Positions 9,801-15,554 of a DNA stretch of 32,000 nt are shown here, in pieces (position 1 is the first letter of the stretch; every line of letters begins with the position of its first letter). This DNA is from Synechocystis sp. PCC 6803 substr. PCC-P (GTDB lineage Bacteria > Cyanobacteriota > Cyanobacteriia > Cyanobacteriales > Microcystaceae). The stretch is from NCBI RefSeq assembly GCF_000284455.1, contig NC_017039.1, positions 1,170,001 to 1,202,000 of the forward strand, in the 5' to 3' direction. Under the pieces are notes generated by a model that worked only from the letters and a program-made list of their open reading frames with translations, had not been told where the DNA came from and made no database searches. Both the position numbers and the translations under genes were made by a program.

Positions 9801-9876
9801 GTCATCAGACGTTTTCGCCGCTGGCTCTCTCCAAGCCCTAGAGCAACAGTTAATTTTTGCCGTAGATGTTAACTGA
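826..9876 (+). CDS. Giant modular secreted/cell-surface protein (3016 aa) with Calx-beta, integrin-alpha FG-GAP repeats, RTX-like Ca-binding repeats, a Gly-rich region and Trp-rich C-terminal repeats; resembles Synechocystis slr1403
   Basis: Continuous 3016-codon ORF with AAGG 5 nt upstream of the ATG. Repeated motifs such as GDINSDGTDDFLVGAP / GDVNGDGSPDMAIATPQ, Calx-beta-like sequence, and RTX-like GGQGNDIL / GGDGDDTF. Confidence 0.93.
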   Translation: MAASTQTPAIAVDSNGFTHLVWNQNNVIYHAYYDPSVGRWRESAPIANSVSAKELKITTGVRSQGEETGSSVEGIFISWIEGEGNNSDIHGASGILNSLGQYNWGQTFKLTDDAVSDENMRLQTTADGNLLLITEKIDLDDPQADRDLYSQVIDLRNRETLHNTLTQVKPLNPSNFIAPNASPTLALGDGDIQVPGTFLITKENKKEYQLPLSFFNGKLEFKNALALGGGINFTNLINSGDPGLSAFLQLQDELSGALSFGKNKVSLKGRLQGKLQLDFLLNGDGNTFSASDALRLRGEYERNLLPGKTTYDIGFSVGGVPISLLDAEVQLGLLFDLAFTLKQKWSTDFDLTPQALVTGGSTLAETQTENTTVEYWYSLVRADGTPAQPGDDPSQLYWLINSDQAADNLLAPPPGLEAPSPAELALIPGVENTGLLSFGTGLSGKLKLALLGFTAFDFESKLEILANFEVFPNVGFDSLEETLALGLNLFGKKWSTTLKVEQNFDNPSLIAENLSTTLNADDLLVGINPDFIQGSTAIYAGNPLDGTSVGSNLTDDTSPSILVASDGNLYATWVKNTHNESLSQVLLAKSTDGGNTWSNPLVIPNSAGMNFNPVIGTTVTGQLLVVWSNASPDIFNPDGSVNRPEFVESLAASTLFYSTSNDNGATWSDAIPINPDIKTPQALTLTQLANGALLLSWVVADTLIPDTGLYTNGGDTKNDVLYSSFWNGTSWSNAQIVASGDLRLLETPVSATVGGEATIFWTEVNPAADDGISIFYSSYNQQFAQWTPAVLFAPDLSNLTTFQTVAEAIEISNSISNQTVNSAFDQPTHNSVVAESDLRLVIPHNNSQGSSQLQVSPIRVKETDGEAVLLVRRTGNIQEAVSFNYRTVDGSATAGADYVAQAGTLTFAPGEVFKEIRIAILDDDITERRAEKFRVVITSDHEGAHLRLDGLRLGNTRLELVATVTTIEDEPTSLSEIDSGFILNADPLAQAGMAIAPGGDINSDGTDDFLVGAPAKNGGNGAVYVVYGNPTIGIRDQGLSLDSLDGTNGVIIQGASQSLLGTAMATADLDSDGLSDLVLGAPQNSVQNSAGKVYILRGSNVEGQSTIDLSTASSLVLESNQAGNAAGFKTAIADVTGDGLADVIISAPAINTIYVVFGSAIKNALNSNTPSLNLDNLGSDGFLLNTGIGQIGTGLGVADINGDGVFDLLLGAPQANPVDYSGSEDADSKPLAYGGQVYVAFGGTGLNGSLNLGQLNGSNGLILNGQAFYNQSNLGGGTPSDPNLQPDFTIADNAGTNVVNAGDINNDGFDDFIISAANSAANGINGLGRAYVVFGKASGWNSAINLQNLDGTNGFIINGIYDTTQNLGGNAGYWISAVGDINNDFFDDFIISAPTLGTNGPNSATGQSYLILGTSQWANFLNQGVLELSDVNTLNSRVFLFNNPNSGTQLGLGLGSIGDVNGDGSPDMAIATPQIYPGVETSQIYVAYGHPWVGAGGSIDVTKLRSDNGFVFQPVTKNEIGTVQLGADINNDGYVDTLIADAGFNGAGGKIVYLFFGSDPAQPSTFVDSVAITIASNDGLILGQQTLDYGDFNNDGITDFVVSRSGALGQSYATIILGSEDSSIWSSINPDTGIDINNLLASNGGVNITVPNVPNQGALVNLASGDFNGDGIDDVLLSSANLNPVIVFGKETWSSGVTSNVNVLNESLPIQIEAGKPITAVNSLGDVNGDGYEDFGLIGIDEVNENLYGYVIFGKNNLASNSSLNLATLNGSNGFKLTSPSISSISEQGGVGSISLAGDLNGDGFGDFIVGLTNDLNFGKNGAAYVVFGGRNLGSSGSFNLSNLNGGNGFTIQQAPGSEDLVGYSIAGGGDINGDGYDDLLVSAPSAGVGNPDGTNNGDTEGTIYTLFGSSILGVGGTVDLSNLNGSNGFETVGAQAYSFAGSFVGGLSDVNGDGYADLGIGAQGDNSQGVSGLAYNVFGGDFTQNVTYVGTIDNDIFSATSLATSSAPHIMNGGQGNDILQSAGVNVSAGGRVVMNGGQGNDLLSIGSLNFERLDGGSGKDILQLNSYILSSNNLDLTDTTIGSRIRGIEVIDLGINNRVTLNVETLTALSDTTNTFTVLGHNSFIVASDFQNWTKSGTVTEQGVTYDQYINKGTKLLIQQSNNLFESTAVSSVAVYGTENGETLVPGIFPGFVGKDNIIFALGGDDLVDLSLAQGNNQVYGGPGNDRLIAGQNDSLFGGLGNDILDTSGDRGTNNLNGGDGDDTFFLGQGDKAFGNDGNDRFFMRGSGRNLISGGAGADHFWIADIDFTNSFNAILDFELGIDTIGLKGLASRQDDLKLIQYGTDVLIALGDEYLARVTGVLRPFLEVVSDGIDLFVQGAQDVSPIVVSNTNDSGAGSLRQAIIDAGANASPDTIDMTGIAAGTIILNSPLPTLNNRNDITFVTLGAFGTPTIKFNNPSAFNNIFTLEGVAVNLSYMNLQNGYAKGGDGVSGGGGGAGAGGALTILQGSTVIIDNVSFDSNRAVGGNGTAGARGGGGEIFGTPDDRPSAGGGGGNFNASGNANNGGAAGSVGDDKAGGTGGTGGTGGFGIGGGGGGGGGGSSSGSPFDFTPRNGGSGGPGGAGGFGAGGGAGGGGGGSSGQNPGDDKRGGFGGSGGSGGGNPIGGNGSVGSQGGAGNTVEGGSPGNGGSGGGGAGLGGALFINQATVTITNSQFSGNTTQGGTGGNSGQALGGAIFITDNSFVTGAGLTFSNNSAPSSPGGSFSNAYGQFQNNNDVYGTIDSLSNASTNLFLVPPLTPEVQNEISVVAKDNLFFVQLPDGSEVSLLYEDQPFVSGSFGNWQILEAETINGVNNVLWQNPDIDEIGVWNADSNWNWISSETWPTNSFNTLEAEINFQIDLNGDELLGDRLTNIESKGNTSFLEGIFGNYYVQTGDDLTAPIKYLGEVFENNFGDWQGLAAETVNGINQVLWQNLETSEIGVWSTDSNWNWLSSDVFAAGSLQALEQQLIFAVDVN
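3402..3740 (+). other. Calx-beta domain segment inside the giant protein
   Basis: VKETDGEAVLLVRRTGNIQEAVSFNYRTVDGSATAGADYVAQAGTLTFAPGEVFKEIRIAILDDDITERRAEKFRVVITS...TIEDEP. Confidence 0.8.
3790..6790 (+). repeat. Long array of FG-GAP / integrin-alpha beta-propeller-type repeats inside the giant protein
   Basis: Recurring D-x-N-x-D-G-x-x-D motifs (GDINSDGTDDFLVGAP, ADLDSDGLSDLVLGAP, ADINGDGVFDLLLGAP, GDINNDGFDDFIISAA, GDFNGDGIDDVLLSSA, GDLNGDGFGDFIVGLT, GDINGDGYDDLLVSAP, SDVNGDGYADLGIGAQ) alternating with YVVFG...LNGSNGF. Confidence 0.88.
6857..7830 (+). repeat. RTX/hemolysin-type calcium-binding repeat region (two clusters) with a terminal RTX-like segment
   Basis: MNGGQGNDILQSAG...MNGGQGNDLLSIGS...LDGGSGKDILQL; second cluster GGDDLVDLSLAQGNNQVYGGPGNDRLIAG...GGLGNDILD...GGDGDDTFFLGQGDKAFGNDGNDRFF...SGGAGADHFWIADI..NAILDFELGIDTIGLKG. 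Confidence 0.85.
8286..8940 (+). repeat. Glycine-rich low-complexity insert within a predicted beta-helix-like domain, including a perfect 9-bp tandem repeat (GGGGAACTG)x3 at 8561-8587
   Basis: Translation GGDGVSGGGGGAGAGGA...AGGTGGTGGTGGFGIGGGGGGGGGGSSSG...GGSGGPGGAGGFGAGGGAGGGGGG. Flanked by VVSNTNDSGAGSLRQAIIDAGANASPDTIDMTGIAAGTIIL and GALFINQATVTITNSQFSGNTTQGG. Confidence 0.85.
9238..9873 (+). repeat. Two Trp-rich repeats (about 90 aa each) at the C-terminus of the giant protein
   Basis: Unit 1: FVSGSFGNWQILEAETINGVNNVLWQNPDIDEIGVWNADSNWNWISSETW...NSFNTLEAEINFQID. Unit 2: FENNFGDWQGLAAETVNGINQVLWQNLETSEIGVWSTDSNWNWLSSDVF...SLQALEQQLIFAVD. Confidence 0.85.
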
Positions 9877-10075
9877 GTTATTAAAGCTTCCGGGAAGAGG
9901 TGATCAACTGACAAACTCATCACTTTCTGAAGCCGAGGAGCTCTGCGACCCCGAGTCCTTTTTAGGTAATCATGGACGACCTTCGGCATTATTCACATTT
10001 ACCACGGCAAGACCTTAATATGGTGCGAGTCCCCCGCCTTGAGCGCCCTGGGCAAGCCCCTTCAAAAAGTCGTTT

Positions 10076-10134
10076 ATCGCCAGAAGGGAACTGGCCCCTG
10101 CCAAAGCGAAAAAATTTCTCCGTGAATGTTTCAT
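10076..10134 (-). pseudogene. 5' remnant of a TRAP solute-binding-protein gene, a copy of the start of the gene at 1..442
   Basis: The reverse strand from ATG at 10134 reads MKHSRRNFFALAGASSLLAI, nearly identical to MKHSRRNFLALAGASSLLAI at the left edge. Homology stops near 10076. Confidence 0.8.
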
Positions 10135-10180
10135 AACTGATATTCCCCATCATTTAGCTCTGAATTATAAAGTCTAATTT

Positions 10181-10927
10181 TCAATCAAAGCTGACCTCAA
10201 TCACATTTTTGCCAAAGCTTTGATAGGCATCGCCCATTCCTTTCGCCATGGTGTCGTTGGGAAAAACGTGAAACTCGCCAGATTGTAGTGCAGCAATAAT
10301 AGCTTCCGCCACTAGGGTGGGGGATTCGGCAATATCAGCCCGGCCAGAAGCATGGGTCATTTCGGTGGCGATGGGGCCAGGATGGACGCTCTGAACCAGA
10401 GTGCCTTGTCCAGCCAGAACTTCCCGCAATGCCTGGGTAATGGAATAGGCTGCGGCTTTGGAAGCAGAATAAGTAGCAACATTGCAGAATGACTTGAGGG
10501 AAACTACTGAGTTGAGTTGCACAAAAGCTCCCCCTCCATTGGCTTTGAGCACTGGAGCAAAGGCTTGGGCCATGGAGATCAACCCATACACATTGGTCTC
10601 CATTTCAAATTTCAAGCAGGCGATCGCCTCTTCGGCCAGGGGATTTGCAACTTTTTGCACCCCGGCATTATTGACCACAATTTCCACATCTGTGGCGGTT
10701 TGGGCAGCGGCGGCAATGGATTCTGGGTCTGCTAGATCGATCAAAATAGGGACTATTTTATTGCCATATTTGTCCACTAAGAAAGCGGCGCTTTCCAACT
10801 TTCTGACGGCGGCGTACACTTTTGCGGCCCCATGCTCCAAAAAAGACTCCACCAGTACTTTGCCTATCCCCCGATTGGCACCAGTAACCAGAACTGTTTT
10901 GTTGCTAATATCGATGGCCATGGGCAT
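10181..10927 (-). CDS. Short-chain dehydrogenase/reductase (SDR), 248 aa
   Basis: [14 protein letters not shown] (Rossmann TGxxxGIG-type), NNAGVQ, and a YSASKAAA active-site motif. Confidence 0.93.
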   Translation of the reverse strand: MPMAIDISNKTVLVTGANRGIGKVLVESFLEHGAAKVYAAVRKLESAAFLVDKYGNKIVPILIDLADPESIAAAAQTATDVEIVVNNAGVQKVANPLAEEAIACLKFEMETNVYGLISMAQAFAPVLKANGGGAFVQLNSVVSLKSFCNVATYSASKAAAYSITQALREVLAGQGTLVQSVHPGPIATEMTHASGRADIAESPTLVAEAIIAALQSGEFHVFPNDTMAKGMGDAYQSFGKNVIEVSFD

Positions 10928-11318
10928 GTCTCCGGGAATATCAGTTAAAACATTACAACGATTAGCCTAATTAAGTCCCCAAAATTTAGATACGTTTCGT
11001 AAACTAAGTACAAATTATGTAAGTGGAGTTAGATTTTGGTTTAAAATTGCCTGGAGTATCTGCCAAAACATAAGTTCAAGCTGGCGATCGCCATTGGGCA
11101 ATGGGTTCTAATAGGTTCTAGCCAAAGCAAGAAATTTTTCATTTAAGCAACTCAATTAGTGATACAGATCGTTGAATTGCCAAAAAATAAGTATGATTAA
11201 TCTTAATGATTAGATTCCCGTCGTAGTTTACCCTGTTGCGGCGGCACAAAATCAATTTTTTAAAAGTCTTAACTATGAGTAAAATTAGGATTATTTCACT
11301 AACTAGAGGCAAATTTCT

Positions 11319-11864
11319 GTGAAAGTGAGCAAACGTTTTTTCCAGCCTTGTTTAGTGTTGGGGATTTCCCTTGGTTTATCTTTAGCCCTTGTTCCTGACG
11401 CCCTAGCCCTAAAAACCTATTATCAATTGCCCATAAGCCTAGCAGTAGAAGCGGCCATGGAAGCGGTCAATACCTGTCAACAGGATGGTTATAACGTCAC
11501 CGCCACGGTGGTCAATCGAGAAGGTTTAGTACAAGCTGTAATTCGGGGAGATGACGCCACCCCCCACACCATCGAAAATAGTTTTTATAAAGCCTTTACT
11601 TTGATTACCCTGGGCCCCATCACTGGGCAAGATTCCACTGGGGCGATCGCCCAAAAGATGACCCCAGCTCCTTTGCCTGTGGGTTCTGTGCCCTTGGCTC
11701 CCAATCCTATTACTGGTCTTAGTTTTAGCACCGGCGGCTCAGCCATTAAAGTGGGAGACCAATTAGTGGCGGCGATCGGCGTTTCTGGTTCACCCAATGG
11801 TAATTTAGACCAAACCTGTGGTCTGAAAGGTATTGAAAAAATTAAATCCCGTTTAGTGCCTTAA
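11319..11864 (+). CDS. Exported GlcG/HbpS-like (DUF336) protein, copy A, 181 aa
   Basis: Signal peptide MKVSKRFFQPCLVLGISLGLSLALVPDALA, then LAVEAAMEAVNTCQQDGYNVTATVVNREGLVQAVIRGDDATPHTIENSFYKAFT...GGSAIKVGDQLVAAIGVSGSPNGNLDQTC. Confidence 0.87.
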   Translation: MKVSKRFFQPCLVLGISLGLSLALVPDALALKTYYQLPISLAVEAAMEAVNTCQQDGYNVTATVVNREGLVQAVIRGDDATPHTIENSFYKAFTLITLGPITGQDSTGAIAQKMTPAPLPVGSVPLAPNPITGLSFSTGGSAIKVGDQLVAAIGVSGSPNGNLDQTCGLKGIEKIKSRLVP

Positions 11865-11970
11865 ACTTTTACCCTTGTCCATGGTTGGTAACCCTTAAGC
11901 TTTTTTTACGGAAGACGATCAAGCGAAATATAAAGAAAAGTATCTCACTAAAGCCATCGAAATATTTTCC

Positions 11971-12840
11971 ATGAAACAGGTTAATTTTTTAGCTGGATTT
12001 TTGTCTAATTCCCTTATTACTTTAGTTATTATCTTTGTTGTCACTGTTGCCACCGTTACCACCTTACAAACAGCTAAAGCCGTTGCAACTTTAGATAATC
12101 AAAATATCTATACACCATCGGCGAGCAATATTCGAGGCATTCAGGAACGAATTGTTTATGATTTTCCCGATACGGGTTTGAAATTAACCATGCCCAGATT
12201 TCTTAAAGATCCTGTGGCTTTCGAAACTCCAGGCAAAGACGTATTAATTATGTTGAGAACACCGGCTGATACCTGTGGCTTGTATCAAATGGCGGAGGCT
12301 ATCTTAACCCCTAATGCTGGTCCGCCGCCCCATTTTCATTACGCTTCCGATGAGTGGTTTTTTTCTACGGAACCATCCCAAGTTCGGCTTTATAGTTCTC
12401 AGGAATTTCAGGCCCCGTTACAAGTCGGTCAAATTCCTGGGATTAATGTTGACCCCATTAAAGTTGGTTCCGTTCTCGAAGATCAAGGGGAAATAATTTT
12501 TTCTCCTAGGGGGATGGTGCATTATTTTCGTAATGAAACTCCGGGGAAAGCGGAAGTCCGGGGTTTTTATAATGTTTGGGCTCCTGGCTATGGCATTTCC
12601 GAACGATTTGAAGGAATTGATAACCTTGATGGATCCAACAGCAACCAGTCCATCCCCTTGGCACAGAAAGAGTTTTTACAAACAGCCCTTTGGGGAATTC
12701 CCCACGATATCACCGGCGGCTTTGTGGGAACTAAGGATTATTACAATGAGCGGGGTTCTGTTTTTATTCATCCCGATAACATCGAGGAACTCCAAGCCCT
12801 GTTCGACCAGGGGGAAGCTTGCTATCCCAATGAAGGATAA
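11971..12840 (+). CDS. Exported cupin-like protein, copy A, 289 aa
   Basis: N-terminal hydrophobic leader. Cupin-like metal-site region GPPPHFHYASDEWFFSTE and HYFRNETPGKAEVRGFYNVW, resembling the products at 18334..19140 and 19365..20168. Confidence 0.75.
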   Translation: MKQVNFLAGFLSNSLITLVIIFVVTVATVTTLQTAKAVATLDNQNIYTPSASNIRGIQERIVYDFPDTGLKLTMPRFLKDPVAFETPGKDVLIMLRTPADTCGLYQMAEAILTPNAGPPPHFHYASDEWFFSTEPSQVRLYSSQEFQAPLQVGQIPGINVDPIKVGSVLEDQGEIIFSPRGMVHYFRNETPGKAEVRGFYNVWAPGYGISERFEGIDNLDGSNSNQSIPLAQKEFLQTALWGIPHDITGGFVGTKDYYNERGSVFIHPDNIEELQALFDQGEACYPNEG

Positions 12841-12919
12841 ATTGAATTTAATCTCTACATAATTAGACTTTTTTTCAAAAAAATATTTCAGTTTTTATTC
12901 TCAATTCAGGATTTTTTAA

Positions 12920-13900
12920 ATGCGTATTTTTCCTGTATTTTTACTAACTTTCAGCCTTTTTTTAATCAAGGAAGAAATAGTTACAGCAGAAGTTAAAGTT
13001 TCTGCGCCGGTGGTTAATCAATCTGGCATTAAGCTAAATCTTGAGCGACAATTTACGGGGTCTGATGTGGCTATTAACCGTATCCATTTTAGTCCCGACG
13101 GACAATTTTTACTAACGGCGGCCGCAGATGGCGTGGGCACTTTATGGACTAAAGAAGGGGAAATGCTGGGGCAACTACAGGGTCAAAAGCCCCCCATGTT
13201 CAATGCTCGTCTTTCCCCCGATCGCCAAATTTTAATCACCACTGGCTATGACGGTACCATTCGCTTGTGGAATTTGCAGGGGGAGCTACTGGAGGAACAA
13301 CAGCCCCATCGAGCAGCGGTGGCCGATGCCATATTTAGTCCCGACAGTCAAATTATTGTCACCTGTTCTGATGATGGCCAAACTAAAATTTTTACCCGCC
13401 AAGGTCAAGAAATAGCTAGTGTTTTAAAATCAGGTACAGCTCGAAATTTGGCGTACCATCCCCAGGGACTTTTAATTGCTAGTGTTTCCGATAGCGGTTC
13501 CCTCCATTTAATTAATCCCAACGGCAAAATTGAACGGGAAATTTCCACAGGCCAAGGGCGAATTAATAATGTTAACTTTAGTCCGAATGGTGAACAATTA
13601 TTAACTTCAGGCATTAATGGTTCTGCCAAGTTATGGAATTTAGCAGGGGAATTAATCCATGAATATAAAGTTGTGCCCACCGGTTGGGTTAACAGTGCCC
13701 AGTTCTATCCTAAAGGTGAATGGCTAGCCACCGCCAGTGACGACGGTACGATTAGATTTTGGCAAAAAGATGGTCAATTAATTTATGAATTACCGTTGGT
13801 TAATGCCCGCTTAACTAGCTTGAGTTTTTCTCCCGATGGCAAGCAGTTAGCGGCCACCAGCAGTCAGGGACAGGTTTGGGTTTTTAATTTATCTTATTAA
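12920..13900 (+). CDS. Periplasmic WD40-repeat protein, copy A, 326 aa
   Basis: Signal peptide MRIFPVFLLTFSLFLIKEEIVTAEV and recurrent FSPDGQFLLTAAADGVGTLWTKEG / LSPDRQILITTGYDGTIRLWNLQG / FSPDGKQLAATSSQGQVWVFNL repeats. Confidence 0.9.
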   Translation: MRIFPVFLLTFSLFLIKEEIVTAEVKVSAPVVNQSGIKLNLERQFTGSDVAINRIHFSPDGQFLLTAAADGVGTLWTKEGEMLGQLQGQKPPMFNARLSPDRQILITTGYDGTIRLWNLQGELLEEQQPHRAAVADAIFSPDSQIIVTCSDDGQTKIFTRQGQEIASVLKSGTARNLAYHPQGLLIASVSDSGSLHLINPNGKIEREISTGQGRINNVNFSPNGEQLLTSGINGSAKLWNLAGELIHEYKVVPTGWVNSAQFYPKGEWLATASDDGTIRFWQKDGQLIYELPLVNARLTSLSFSPDGKQLAATSSQGQVWVFNLSY

Positions 13901-13914
13901 GGATTAATAGCAAG

Positions 13915-14919
13915 ATGAAACATAAATTTCTAGTTAGTTTTTTACTGGGATTAACCATTAGTTTCGCGGGCGCCCAGGTTATTGCTAAAACGCCCTCGGT
14001 TAATAACGCCCCTGTAGCGCGGAGTGTAAACCAATCCCCCATTCAGCTAGAAGTTATTAAAAGTTACCAGGGTCATACGCTCAAAGGGGAAGCAATTATT
14101 CAAATTCATTACAGTCAAGATGGCAATTATTTGCTCTCTACTGCCACCGATGGTTTGGCTAAACTTTGGACAGCGGATGGAGAATTGGTGCGGGAATTTG
14201 CTGGTAAGCCTGTAGCTATGATTTTTAACGGTGCCTTTAGCAGGGACGGGAAAGCCATTATTACCGCTGGCTACAACGGTGTTGCCCGTATTTGGGATGT
14301 GCAGGGCAATGTATTGGGGGAAATTCTAGGCCACACTTCTGCTGTTACCGATGTAGTTTTCTTGAGTGATGATATGGGGGTAGTCACCAGTTCCGATGAC
14401 GGCACTATTGAAGGTTGGTCAAACATTAAAGAACCACTGTTTACTGTAACTCGTCCTGGGGTGAGTCGTAATATGGACTTTAATGCCCAGACAAACTTGA
14501 TTGCTGTCACCCAAGATATTGGCGAAATTACGTTACTAAATCCCGCTGGAAAAGTTGTAAGAATTATCGAAACCGATCAAGGTCGCCTCAATGATGTCGA
14601 TTTTAGTCAAGATGGTAAGTTGTTAGTTACAGCTGGTTTTGATGGCACAGCTCGGGTGTTTAATCTTGATGGCCAAGAAATATTAAAAATTGATGTGCTT
14701 GATGATGGGTGGGTTACTGGGGTTGCCATCAACCAAGACAATTTAATTGCCACCGTTTCCGACGATGGCATTTTAAGAGTGTGGAATTTACAGGGACAAT
14801 TATTGGGGCAATATAACCCCAATTTAGAAAGATTGGGCAGTGTATCTTTCCATCCCAACGGCAAAAATTTGGCGATCGCCGCTTACCACGGCACCATTAT
14901 TTTGCTGGAGTTGCAATAA
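13915..14919 (+). CDS. Periplasmic WD40-repeat protein, copy B, 334 aa
   Basis: Signal peptide MKHKFLVSFLLGLTISFAGAQVIAKT. Repeats such as YSQDGNYLLSTATDGLAKLWTADG and FSQDGKLLVTAGFDGTARVFNLDG. Tandem paralogue 14 nt downstream of copy A. Confidence 0.9.
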   Translation: MKHKFLVSFLLGLTISFAGAQVIAKTPSVNNAPVARSVNQSPIQLEVIKSYQGHTLKGEAIIQIHYSQDGNYLLSTATDGLAKLWTADGELVREFAGKPVAMIFNGAFSRDGKAIITAGYNGVARIWDVQGNVLGEILGHTSAVTDVVFLSDDMGVVTSSDDGTIEGWSNIKEPLFTVTRPGVSRNMDFNAQTNLIAVTQDIGEITLLNPAGKVVRIIETDQGRLNDVDFSQDGKLLVTAGFDGTARVFNLDGQEILKIDVLDDGWVTGVAINQDNLIATVSDDGILRVWNLQGQLLGQYNPNLERLGSVSFHPNGKNLAIAAYHGTIILLELQ

Positions 14920-14965
14920 ATAGGAAGAAGACTGATATTTTTGCCCGATTCTTAACTATTTTCAC

Positions 14966-15493
14966 TTAACGTAAATCTGGCAGAACAGCATCCCGACCTT
15001 TAATGGCACAACCTTCGTCCACCATCCCAATGGGAGTGCCGGAAACCCCCAAGCCTCCCACCACTTTGCCCTGGGAAATCAAGGTCACTCCGCCGGGAAA
15101 AAGGGTGATGCCCGTGAGGGGATCGGCAGGCATGGGCCATGTGCCCACTCCCTGGGCTCCCTTTGCTTGCATTGACGCCAAAATACCAGAAGTCCTGTCC
15201 AAATTATGATTGGTAGCTAGGGTAACGGCGGAATAGGCTTTATTGAATGAAGTTTGCACCGTATGCACAAGGGCCCCATCGCTACGAATGACCACCAACA
15301 CATTACCTTCGGGATTGACGACGGTGGCCGTAACCCCATAACCTTCCTGACGACAAGCGGCGATCGCCGACTGGGCCGCTTTAATGGCAATTTCCGCAGG
15401 TAAAACGGGGGTTTCTTCTAGGGCCAAAGCTGGTAGAGCTAAACCCGTTAAAGCAATGGTAGTTAATAGCGGAGTAAAAGTAAATTTGAGCAT
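14966..15493 (-). CDS. Exported GlcG/HbpS-like (DUF336) protein, copy B, 175 aa
   Basis: Signal peptide ...ALTGLALPALALEE; AIKAAQSAIAACRQEGYGVTATVVNPEGNVLVVIRSDGALVHTVQTSFNKAYSA...GGVTLISQGKVVGGLGVSGTPIGMVDEGCA. Clear paralogue of 11319..11864. Confidence 0.87.
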   Translation of the reverse strand: MLKFTFTPLLTTIALTGLALPALALEETPVLPAEIAIKAAQSAIAACRQEGYGVTATVVNPEGNVLVVIRSDGALVHTVQTSFNKAYSAVTLATNHNLDRTSGILASMQAKGAQGVGTWPMPADPLTGITLFPGGVTLISQGKVVGGLGVSGTPIGMVDEGCAIKGRDAVLPDLR

Positions 15494-15554
15494 GGTGAAA
15501 TTCCTTGTTTGACAACAAAATTGCTGGGATATTTTAGGCTAATTATTCTGTTAA

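Noticed and set aside
9621-9989. Reverse 122-aa ORF overlapping the end of the giant gene
   Set aside because: It mostly overlaps the Trp-rich repeat and mirrors the sense sequence. No family resemblance was seen.
10482-10970. 162-aa forward ORF opposite the SDR
   Set aside because: Antisense to an intact SDR with canonical motifs. The sequence is low in recognisable structure.
10928-11318. GTA...TAC pattern near 10995-11010 as an NtcA site
   Set aside because: The spacing between GTA and TAC is 7 rather than the canonical 8 nt, and the -10 placement is unsupported.
12533-12862. 109-aa forward ORF overlapping the first cupin-like gene in another frame
   Set aside because: Overlaps a supported CDS and shows no domain signal.
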